Of a stretch of 53,250 nucleotides of DNA, positions 45,684 through 53,250 are shown one piece after another. The stretch is from IMG/VR virus record IMGVR_UViG_3300027672_001250, positions 1 through 53,250 of that record, one strand, 5' to 3'. The notes below the pieces were generated by a model that worked only from the letters and a program-made list of their open reading frames with translations, was not told where the DNA came from and searched no databases. The translations under genes and the position numbers were made by a program. The stretch comes from a virus. Lineage: Duplodnaviria; Caudoviricetes. Numbering within the stretch: the first letter of the stretch is position 1; the number at the start of each line of letters is the position of its first letter.

Positions 45684-46978
45684 TGCGATTTATAGAAATA
45701 TCTAAACCCCTAGTTACTAGAATATTAAGTGAGAGCTTAATGCTAGAAGCAGACGGCAAGAACACCCACATGGAACATCTAGAAGATAACATTTTCAACA
45801 AAGGTTATCAAGGTGCTAAAGAAGCAGTGGACTATTTGTACAGTTTACATCAAATGTTAGAAGGCTCAGCAAAGGGTGCGTTTGATATGACAGTTAAGTG
45901 GGACGGTTCGCCTGCATTAGTATGCGGAAAAGATCCGCAAACTGGTAAATTCTTTGTAGGTACTAAGGGTGTGTTTGCAGGAAAAGCAAAACTTAACTTC
46001 ACAGACGAAGACATTGATAACTACCACGCAGACCAAGCCGGGAAAGACGGTAGCGGCTTACGAAAAAAATTAAAAGTAGCACTTAGAACGTTAGGTAAAC
46101 TACAGTGGGACACAGTTGCACAAGGCGACATGATGTTTATGAAAGGCGACATCAAAGAATTAAATCATGATGGCGAAGCACTTATATATTTTAAGCCTAA
46201 CACTCTTGCTTATGCTTTACCAAAGGACAGCGACTTAGCAAAGCAAATGTTGGCAGCTGAAATTGGTATAGTATGGCACACAGAATATGCAGGCGGCCCA
46301 ACACTAGCAGATACAACAGCAACATTTGGATTTGATTCATCTAGATTAGGTGATGGCAGTAATGCCGGTGTTTGGCAAACTGATGCAAACATCAAAGATG
46401 TATCAGGTACAGTAACAATGACTGCTCAAGAATCAGCAGAAGTACTAGCAACTATCAAAGCCGCTGACACTTACACTAAACAAATTAGTGGAGAAGTATT
46501 TAATTGGTTAGAGAAAGGCAACGACTTAGTAGGCAAAGATTTCTTACAACAACTAAAAGCCACAGTAAATAATAAGATTAGAGCAGGAGACTTTGGCTCC
46601 CCTGAAAGTTTAGCAAAAGAATTTGTTGTAAAATGGATTGACAAGTCTACAAAAGAAATTGACAAAGTAAAAATGCAAAAGACTAAAGATGCCAAAACTG
46701 ATAGCATGGTTAAAACTGTAGCATTTATTAAACAACATGCTAAAGAAATAACAGCAGTGTATGATTTATACTTGATGTTAATTAAAGCAAAACTTGTAAT
46801 CATAGACAAGTTAGGAAAATTACAAAGCACACAAACGTTTGCTGCAGATGGTGAAGGATTTAAAGCCACAAGCGGAGAAGGGTTTGTTGCAATTGATCGA
46901 ATAGGCAACGCTCTTAAACTAGTTGATAGAATGGAGTTTAGTAGATTAAACTTTGGAACAGGAAAACCTACATCATAA
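45683..46978 (+). CDS. ATP-dependent ligase-fold nucleotidyltransferase-like protein (DUF6267-like)
   Basis: KNTHMEHLED, TVKWDGSPA (KxDG motif I), QGD, GEGFV (motif IV), LKLVDR (motif V). Confidence 0.7.
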   Translation: MRFIEISKPLVTRILSESLMLEADGKNTHMEHLEDNIFNKGYQGAKEAVDYLYSLHQMLEGSAKGAFDMTVKWDGSPALVCGKDPQTGKFFVGTKGVFAGKAKLNFTDEDIDNYHADQAGKDGSGLRKKLKVALRTLGKLQWDTVAQGDMMFMKGDIKELNHDGEALIYFKPNTLAYALPKDSDLAKQMLAAEIGIVWHTEYAGGPTLADTTATFGFDSSRLGDGSNAGVWQTDANIKDVSGTVTMTAQESAEVLATIKAADTYTKQISGEVFNWLEKGNDLVGKDFLQQLKATVNNKIRAGDFGSPESLAKEFVVKWIDKSTKEIDKVKMQKTKDAKTDSMVKTVAFIKQHAKEITAVYDLYLMLIKAKLVIIDKLGKLQSTQTFAADGEGFKATSGEGFVAIDRIGNALKLVDRMEFSRLNFGTGKPTS

Positions 46979-47778
46979 TGGAATTTGAATTTATAGATCA
47001 AGAAATATCAGAAAGTAGATTGTACAGATCTTCTGGTAACATGCGCCAACTCACAGGTAGAGACGTTGCTGACTTGCTATATCTCAACACTATTGCATTA
47101 TATTTAATGGTGCAAGATGATGTACAACATAGGTATGCAAGTAACTATGCAAAGCAAACTACCCAATACGGTGGTTACAATACTTTTAGAACAAGTGCTA
47201 CTGATTTATATCTACTAGGATACATGCTAAATCAACCCAAGAGTGATAAAATAAGTTTAAAGAATAGAATGTCGAGTGTTTCTTTCCTACAAGGATTAAA
47301 CTTTGATAGTCGTAAGCACTTTATGTTTATGAAAAAGATAGCAAATGGATCAGATAGAAAAAACGAAGCAGTGGGCTACTTCTTTAGATTAGAATCACAA
47401 CTTAAGATTAAAGATTCTAAATTTAAACAATACCGTAGATATATCACTGACTGGGGTAACTTAAAATTTTCAAGTAGACAATTAGTTGTAACTAAACTAT
47501 TACAAACAATGCGTTATTTAGGTAGAGGCAGTGAACTTATAAGTCCAATGACAGCTATGGTTAAATACAAAGCATTTACTTCTGAGCCAGCATACAGTGT
47601 ACCTAGAACTAGTTTTGCAAAAAAAGTTGGTGGTGCAGCTCTTGGTGCAGTTGCAGGAAGATATGCCGCTAAGAAACTAACAAAACTTGCAAAAAATAAA
47701 CCAGATACACTTAAAAAAGCAGGCACAGGTATAGGTGCAATTGCAGGCTATTGGGCAGCTGGCAGGAAAAAGAAATGA
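46978..47778 (+). CDS. Hypothetical late protein with C-terminal glycine-zipper helices
   Basis: ISES near the N-terminus; GGAALGAVAG and GTGIGAIAG. Confidence 0.75.
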   Translation: MEFEFIDQEISESRLYRSSGNMRQLTGRDVADLLYLNTIALYLMVQDDVQHRYASNYAKQTTQYGGYNTFRTSATDLYLLGYMLNQPKSDKISLKNRMSSVSFLQGLNFDSRKHFMFMKKIANGSDRKNEAVGYFFRLESQLKIKDSKFKQYRRYITDWGNLKFSSRQLVVTKLLQTMRYLGRGSELISPMTAMVKYKAFTSEPAYSVPRTSFAKKVGGAALGAVAGRYAAKKLTKLAKNKPDTLKKAGTGIGAIAGYWAAGRKKK

Positions 47779-48305
47779 AGATAAATGAAATTATTCTTTT
47801 AGAAAACGATGCTGAACTAAGAGATAGATTAGGACAGGAATTTGATGACGAGTATGGAAATCCAAAACTACCCCAATTCATAATGTTAGACAAATCAAGT
47901 GTTGTTGCATTAGCAGTAGGTTATATTAAAAGACCTAAATGGAGCCCGGGTATGGCATTAAAGTTTGCTGTAAAACAAAGATACCCAGACTTTAAAGTAA
48001 CATATACTGGTATGTCTGATGATCAAATTGACACGGTTAAAAATGCTAAACCGGATACAAAGCCAGACGACAGCGTTCAGGCTAGAATCAAGAACGATAT
48101 GAAAAGAAAAGCTGATCAACCTACCGGAACTGTAGGCGGGCAAATAGGTAATACAAATAGATTAGGTACCGGATCAGGTAACACTAGTAGATTTAATCCT
48201 CTTGCCGGCACCGATCAATCAAGTTTAAGAAAAGCAGTCGGCAGCGGTTTAGCAAAAGCAAAGCGTAACTTTAAAAATTCAGACATATTTAAGGTCGGGA
48301 AGTAA
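47775..48305 (+). CDS. Hypothetical late protein
   Basis: Start MKINEIILLE overlaps the previous stop (ATGA). Confidence 0.75.
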   Translation: MKINEIILLENDAELRDRLGQEFDDEYGNPKLPQFIMLDKSSVVALAVGYIKRPKWSPGMALKFAVKQRYPDFKVTYTGMSDDQIDTVKNAKPDTKPDDSVQARIKNDMKRKADQPTGTVGGQIGNTNRLGTGSGNTSRFNPLAGTDQSSLRKAVGSGLAKAKRNFKNSDIFKVGK

Positions 48306-48364
48306 AGAAAAAAAGGTAAATATACGCATAGAGCAATTAGCTCGCTATATTTAGGAGAATTAAC

Positions 48365-48625
48365 ATGGCACAAACAGATAGAAGATCAGTAGCAGCAGCA
48401 GAATTTATCGGCAAGGACGTATTTTTAAAGTCTTTCCAACAGCAATCAGGAAACATCTCAGCAACTCAACTAACAGCATTAGTTAGCTCAGTTCAAAACT
48501 TAAACTTATCAGTACTTAAAGTTGGAACAGTAACAACAGATACAGTTAAAATGATAGTAGAAGGCGCTGATAACTTAGCAAATGGCGACATTGTAGGACA
48601 CGTTATTGCTGACGCAGCATTCTAA
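48365..48625 (+). CDS. Small virion protein, paralogue 1
   Basis: GGTAAATA at 48315-48322, leader hairpin, AGGAG, own terminator. Confidence 0.85.
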   Translation: MAQTDRRSVAAAEFIGKDVFLKSFQQQSGNISATQLTALVSSVQNLNLSVLKVGTVTTDTVKMIVEGADNLANGDIVGHVIADAAF

Positions 48626-48646
48626 GTTTACATAAACTTATGTATT

Positions 48647-48672
48647 AAAAGGCAGTTTTACTGCCTTTTTTT
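48647..48672 (+). terminator. Intrinsic terminator
   Basis: AAAAGGCAGT-TTT-ACTGCC followed by T7. Confidence 0.85.
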
Positions 48673-48739
48673 ATGAGTGTAATGATAAATAAGTACATAG
48701 AGTAAAAATTAACTCTACATTATATTTAGGAGAATAACA

Positions 48740-48982
48740 ATGGCACAAGCAAACCCAAACGCAGCAGTAAGAGCAGCAAACGGATTCGTAGGAACAACAT
48801 TCATCTTAGAAGTAGATGACGTAACAGCAGTAACAGTTGCGGCCGCAGTAACAGAAGCACAAGTAGAAGGCTTCATCGTTGTAGCAGTTGAAGGTATAGT
48901 AAGTGGAAGTCACATCGCTTTACAAGGCGCAGGCGCAACACCATCTATCGGCGGAACTACATTAATCGCAACATTTGATTAA
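48740..48982 (+). CDS. Small virion protein, paralogue 2
   Basis: GATAAATA at 48684-48691, leader hairpin, AGGAG, own terminator. Confidence 0.85.
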   Translation: MAQANPNAAVRAANGFVGTTFILEVDDVTAVTVAAAVTEAQVEGFIVVAVEGIVSGSHIALQGAGATPSIGGTTLIATFD

Positions 48983-49000
48983 TATTTAACGTTTATGTTT

Positions 49001-49030
49001 AAAAATCCTCACTAAGTGGGGATTTTTTTT
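49001..49030 (+). terminator. Intrinsic terminator
   Basis: AAAAATCCTCAC-TAA-GTGGGGA followed by T8. Confidence 0.85.
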
Positions 49031-49091
49031 GGGTATAATTTGATAAATATTAGCATAGGGCAACAAGGCCCGAACAATTTGGAGAGATAAA

Positions 49092-49388
49092 ATGGCACAA
49101 ACAAGAGTACATGGTTTTACTGAAGACTTAAATGCTTTCGGTAGAGAACTACACGTTGCAACAGCAACAGTTTCAACAAACATGACGCAGGTGAAGATGG
49201 ATGCTTTAATAGCAGCAATCACAGTGCAAAACTACACTGTTACTGGAATCGAAGGATTTGTAGTAGACGTAGCAACAGCAGTTCACGTAGCATACGAAGG
49301 CGGACCAGCAATTGCTGATGATGCATCGGATGCGTTTAGCGTAGCTGGTTGTGCATGGGCAGCAGTGATTTCATTTAACGCAGGCTAA
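49092..49388 (+). CDS. Small virion protein, paralogue 3
   Basis: GATAAATA at 49042-49049, leader hairpin, GGAG, own terminator. Confidence 0.85.
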   Translation: MAQTRVHGFTEDLNAFGRELHVATATVSTNMTQVKMDALIAAITVQNYTVTGIEGFVVDVATAVHVAYEGGPAIADDASDAFSVAGCAWAAVISFNAG

Positions 49389-49434
49389 ACTAATTCCTTA
49401 CTACCTTAGGGATCGTGCTTAGTTGCACACTAAA

Positions 49435-49459
49435 AGCACTCTTCGGAGTGCTTTTTTTT
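49435..49459 (+). terminator. Intrinsic terminator, identical to 14168-14192
   Basis: AGCACTC-TTCG-GAGTGC followed by T8. Confidence 0.9.
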
Positions 49460-49526
49460 GACTATCGGAATATTTTTAGATACATGTTATTAGTTTGATG
49501 ATAAATAGTGTGTATAGGAGACACAC

Positions 49527-49931
49527 ATGACTTTGAATAGATCAGGCGCAATGAACAGCCAAGAAGTTGTTACAGGAAACATAGAATTCTACACACTATT
49601 TACATCACTAGATATTACACATACTGGTGATTTTACAGATGAAACGCAGAAGGATTTTGAAAGTGTTGTTCAGGTTATTGGATTAAGAGCTATGCCAATT
49701 ATCATGAATAGACCAGTTGAGTTAAATGGTGTTGGTGCTAACGTATTAGAAGGTTACGGCGCTCCAAGTATAACAGGCGCAGGCTGGATTTTTAAATTTG
49801 CTTTTGAACGTGAAAGTGTGCATAGCATTACTACATTACAAGACGAACTTAACGGTATTGTATTAAATGGTGGCACAATAGATACAAAAACTACTGTGAA
49901 CATGGAGTTCACTAAACAGGATTTATTATAA
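49527..49931 (+). CDS. Small virion protein, probable more divergent paralogue 4
   Basis: GATAAATA at 49500-49507, AGGAG; residue pattern similar to the three preceding ORFs. Confidence 0.75.
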   Translation: MTLNRSGAMNSQEVVTGNIEFYTLFTSLDITHTGDFTDETQKDFESVVQVIGLRAMPIIMNRPVELNGVGANVLEGYGAPSITGAGWIFKFAFERESVHSITTLQDELNGIVLNGGTIDTKTTVNMEFTKQDLL

Positions 49932-49932
49932 A

Positions 49933-50184
49933 ATGGTCAAGAAATCAAAACCAGAGTTAGATATAGCAGCCGATGCATTGCCTGCATATTCTGGAAATAT
50001 CGAAGCACACATTATTGCTGACATGCTTCGTATAGAAGCTATTACTACAGAAGTGCGTGAATTTAAAGAAGATACTAAACAGCGATTGAATAGAATAGAA
50101 GGATGGGTTATTGCTATAGTCGGTGTTACTATTACTACCTTGTTAGGCACAATTGCAGTACTAGTACAGAGTCTATTAAAATGA
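49933..50184 (+). CDS. Small coiled-coil protein with C-terminal TM helix
   Basis: RLNRIEGWVIAIVGVTITTLLGTIAVLV. Confidence 0.75.
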   Translation: MVKKSKPELDIAADALPAYSGNIEAHIIADMLRIEAITTEVREFKEDTKQRLNRIEGWVIAIVGVTITTLLGTIAVLVQSLLK

Positions 50185-50462
50185 AGCTTGACGAAGTAAC
50201 AGGCGGCGAATTAGTTGAGGCCCGCATGGTATGGCGTCGAATGGGTAACAAGATCAAACGTGCTGTACGTTGCACTAGTGGCCCAAGAGCAGGCAGAGTT
50301 GTAAAAAATTCTAGCCAGTGTGCAAAGCCGATAGACCTTAAAAAACGTATGACGCTTAGAAGAACAAAAGCCAAAATGGGCAAGCGAATGATTCGTAAGG
50401 CTCGCAGAACAAAAAGATTTAATCCAGTTGCAAAACGATTAAAAACACTTAATAAGCGGTAA
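50181..50462 (+). CDS. Small, very basic (R/K-rich) protein
   Basis: Start MKLDEVTGGELVEA overlaps the previous stop; two Cys; R/K-rich body. Confidence 0.75.
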   Translation: MKLDEVTGGELVEARMVWRRMGNKIKRAVRCTSGPRAGRVVKNSSQCAKPIDLKKRMTLRRTKAKMGKRMIRKARRTKRFNPVAKRLKTLNKR

Positions 50463-50472
50463 TAATAAAGAT

Positions 50473-53250
50473 ATGAAGTCTAAAGATATACGCACAATAA
50501 AATCGTTAATCTCTGAGTACGGAATGAATAGCGGAGTTAGTACTCCTAGTTCTCAACAACAAACTGGGTCAACTGCTAAAGCAACAGCAGCCGCTAAGCC
50601 GGCGAAGTCAGGTGTAAATAAACCACAGGTTAGTCCTAGCAGTCAGCAAAATAAAACTAACACTGATGGACCAGCACCGGTTGAACCAATTATATCAAAA
50701 GCAAAAGAGTTAGCACAAGACTTTGAATACCTAGACGACAAAGGCGATACTGTTAAAGTAATGAGCCCTGTAAACAACGGTCTAAACAAAAATGCAGTTG
50801 TTGTACAAAATCAAAAGAACAAAGAATTTTATACATTAGATCCTGACGATGATATTACAACGTCAGCTGGCGAACCAGTTACAGAAAAAGCAAAACTACC
50901 TAACAATGTTAAACGTAAGCATAACTTATCTAACAAGATTAAAAGATTACTCAGAGCACAGAAGCATATACAACAAGGTGATCCAATATTTGAACTAAAC
51001 TTTAATAAGCCAGACTTAGCAAAGCAAGCATTAAGTGCTCCGGTTAAGTGTGGATTTGAAGCAGAAACAGTTTGGAATGATTTATCCGGCTCCGATGGAG
51101 ATGAAGATTGGTTAGATGGCAACAACTGGTACGATATTAGCTCAAAGCTAGAAGATCAAGAAGGGGATCGCGGTGTAGAGTCAGTAGAAGAAGGATTCAG
51201 AGAATGGATTCAGGAAACTGATTATTTCTACGATGCAGAAAGAGAAATAATAGATGATCTAGTACGCGACCGTAAAGATGATGAAGACTATACTGACCGT
51301 TATGTAGATGATAAAGTATCTATGGACGATGTTGACGAATATAAAGAAATGATTATGTCAAATTTAGCCAAAGGCAGCTCAGACACTGACGAAGCCGCTG
51401 CCGAAGAGACCGAAGAACGCAAATCATGGGAAGACGATGCCTGGGCTAGAGAATATGTTGAAATAAATGAAGATGACGCATTTGAAGAATGGCTAATAGA
51501 TGATATTAGAGATAACGGCGAAGCATTTGATGATGCATGGAGTAACGTACTAGACAACCATGACCCAGAGACCTGGTGTGATGACGAGTACAGAGGGAAT
51601 TGGAATGCCCTACTAGGTGATCTCGATATATTTTTGTACAATGAGCAAGGCGGTGGACAAGAAGAAGTTGCTCAATATTTAACCCAATGGGCAGATAAGA
51701 ATAGCTTTAGATCAGAAGTTGAAGCAGGAGAATATCACAGCGGCACAGCAGTTGATAATGCCTACTGGCGTGTAGAAGATGATAGTTCAATTGACGGCTC
51801 TGGATTAGGTTCTGAACTTATTAGTCCTGTATACGATACACCGCAAGACATGCTTAAAGAAATAAAAAGTTTGTTTGATTGGATGAGCGAAGAACACGCC
51901 GTAGAAACAAATAGCTCAACTGGTTTACACATTACAATGAGCATGGCTGACAGTGGCTCAGGCGAAACAAACAAATTAAAAATGGCTTTACTGCTAGGTG
52001 ATCAATACTTGTTAAAACAGTTTAACAGAGCAGATAATAGTTATACAGCAAGCCAACAGGCACGAATTAAAAAGTATGTAGAGGATTTAACTAAAGATCA
52101 AAAGGCTGAAAAGAGTCTTGCAGGTCTAGAAGAGATACTAAGCAGTGGTATTAGTTCTGGTAAGTTTAGTAGTATCAACTTCAAGGAACAGAAAAACAGC
52201 GAAGGAAATAAACTAATAGAATTTCGTGTTGCAGGCGGATCAGATTATACTAAAGATGTAGACTTAATTGTTAAAACGGTTATTCGTTATGCGGCAGTAA
52301 TGCAAGCAGGACATGACAAAGATGCATACAGAGCAGATTATATTAAAGCATTATTCCGTATGCTAAATTCAGTAGACGAAATTGACCCAGACACTGTAAA
52401 GAATGCATCGTCATATATTGACCCTTCTGTTGCTGATGCTAAAGTAATAGATGCATTTAAAGATTTAGCAAGTAAACGATCCTACAAAGATGCACTAGAA
52501 TACTTAGGTATGGCGTATACTGCATTAGGACGTTACACGCAGATGGCATCAGCAGACATGCAAGGTGACTTATTTCAAGAAAATGAAGCAGAAGATGAGA
52601 CACCTGAAGACGAGTCATTGCAACAAAGTCGTCAACGTCAGCAAGCATATTTAGATCATGCTAAAAAATACTTTAGTAAAGCATTTGCAATGATTATTAG
52701 TGACTTAGCAAATGGAAACAATCGCACTGAGCCTAAAGTAAAACAAATTGCAGGTTTTAGAAAAGGATTTAAAGATTTTGGTATTCCGGGTGCAGAACTT
52801 TGGGATATGCTGAAAAAAGAAAAATTGTTTACTAACTCACCGACAACCGTACATCAAAAAGAAATAGACTGGGCTGAAGGATTTAATAAGCTATTAAACG
52901 TAAACGTAGCTAAAGCAAGAGTTGCAGACTTTAACGTTAATTTCGATGCTAATAACGATGCACTGTTTATGACTGGTACATACCGAAATTACATACAGAA
53001 AGACGCTGGGTTAGATTTATTCAACGATGACAAAGCCACAGGCGAAGACCCTGGTGATATACTAAACCCAGAAATGTTTACAGTTGTACCTGACAAAGAG
53101 TTAACCGCAGTAGAAAGAACTGTATACGATTACGACGAAGCCGTAATAGATTACAAAAATGATGTAGAAAGGGCAGACAACATGCAACGTGAGTTAGATA
53201 CAAAGGATTCGGATAGTTATAATGATCCATCTACTCTTAGTAATAAAATG
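50473..53250 (+). CDS. Large amidoligase (COOH-NH2 ligase)-domain protein, 3'-truncated by the window
   Basis: Not in the ORF track (no stop before the window end). Frame 1 is open for 926 codons. Motifs CGFEAE, WRVEDDSSI, SELISP, TNSSTGLHIT, KFSSINF, LIEFRVAGG. Confidence 0.85.
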   Translation, partial: MKSKDIRTIKSLISEYGMNSGVSTPSSQQQTGSTAKATAAAKPAKSGVNKPQVSPSSQQNKTNTDGPAPVEPIISKAKELAQDFEYLDDKGDTVKVMSPVNNGLNKNAVVVQNQKNKEFYTLDPDDDITTSAGEPVTEKAKLPNNVKRKHNLSNKIKRLLRAQKHIQQGDPIFELNFNKPDLAKQALSAPVKCGFEAETVWNDLSGSDGDEDWLDGNNWYDISSKLEDQEGDRGVESVEEGFREWIQETDYFYDAEREIIDDLVRDRKDDEDYTDRYVDDKVSMDDVDEYKEMIMSNLAKGSSDTDEAAAEETEERKSWEDDAWAREYVEINEDDAFEEWLIDDIRDNGEAFDDAWSNVLDNHDPETWCDDEYRGNWNALLGDLDIFLYNEQGGGQEEVAQYLTQWADKNSFRSEVEAGEYHSGTAVDNAYWRVEDDSSIDGSGLGSELISPVYDTPQDMLKEIKSLFDWMSEEHAVETNSSTGLHITMSMADSGSGETNKLKMALLLGDQYLLKQFNRADNSYTASQQARIKKYVEDLTKDQKAEKSLAGLEEILSSGISSGKFSSINFKEQKNSEGNKLIEFRVAGGSDYTKDVDLIVKTVIRYAAVMQAGHDKDAYRADYIKALFRMLNSVDEIDPDTVKNASSYIDPSVADAKVIDAFKDLASKRSYKDALEYLGMAYTALGRYTQMASADMQGDLFQENEAEDETPEDESLQQSRQRQQAYLDHAKKYFSKAFAMIISDLANGNNRTEPKVKQIAGFRKGFKDFGIPGAELWDMLKKEKLFTNSPTTVHQKEIDWAEGFNKLLNVNVAKARVADFNVNFDANNDALFMTGTYRNYIQKDAGLDLFNDDKATGEDPGDILNPEMFTVVPDKELTAVERTVYDYDEAVIDYKNDVERADNMQRELDTKDSDSYNDPSTLSNKM

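Noticed and set aside
1898-52648. Numerous 60-220 aa ORFs antisense to, or nested in, long genes (e.g. 20782-21345, 26274-26927, 45041-45580, 46471-47001)
   Set aside because: Shadow ORFs arising from codon bias of the real genes; no RBS, promoter or motif support.
1-53250. Alternative genetic code (TAG or TGA recoding)
   Set aside because: Long conserved genes are intact under the standard code, and TAG, TGA and TAA all end recognisable genes.

Overview
A gene-dense, AT-rich 53 kb segment of a large T4-related (probably jumbo) myovirus, using the standard genetic code. Accessory genes suggest an aquatic Gram-negative host (inference). Core genes: neck and tail-completion proteins, GH24 lysozyme, dNMP kinase, tail sheath and tube, gp4-like head completion nuclease, terminase, gp32-like SSB, UvsX/UvsY/UvsW, AAA ATPase, ThyX, a miniature DnaE-like polymerase core, primase and DnaB-like helicase. 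A late block of probable head-internal proteins follows, including a ligase-fold enzyme and an amidoligase that runs off the window end. Accessory genes: a curlin-like protein, a CHASE2 adenylate cyclase, Nudix hydrolase, bacterioferritin, acyl desaturase, TonB-dependent receptor, a metK-apt-MTA/SAH nucleosidase cluster, a 2OG-Fe(II) oxygenase, an FG-GAP lipoprotein and a MazG-like protein. Most notable signals read from the sequence: (1) a textbook -1 frameshift cassette (A_AAA_AAG, 6-nt spacer, stem-loop) extending a small lipoprotein next to the cyclase; (2) a late promoter (G[A/G]TAAATA) followed 5-6 nt later by either the ATG itself (leaderless mRNA) or a 5' hairpin and strong RBS; (3) a 189-aa DnaE-like protein retaining the catalytic motifs; (4) four individually transcribed small paralogues; (5) IHF-like boxes at identical spacing upstream of two accessory-gene promoters. 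No tRNA, rRNA, CRISPR array or mobile element was recognised. All calls are motif-based by eye; no database searches were run.
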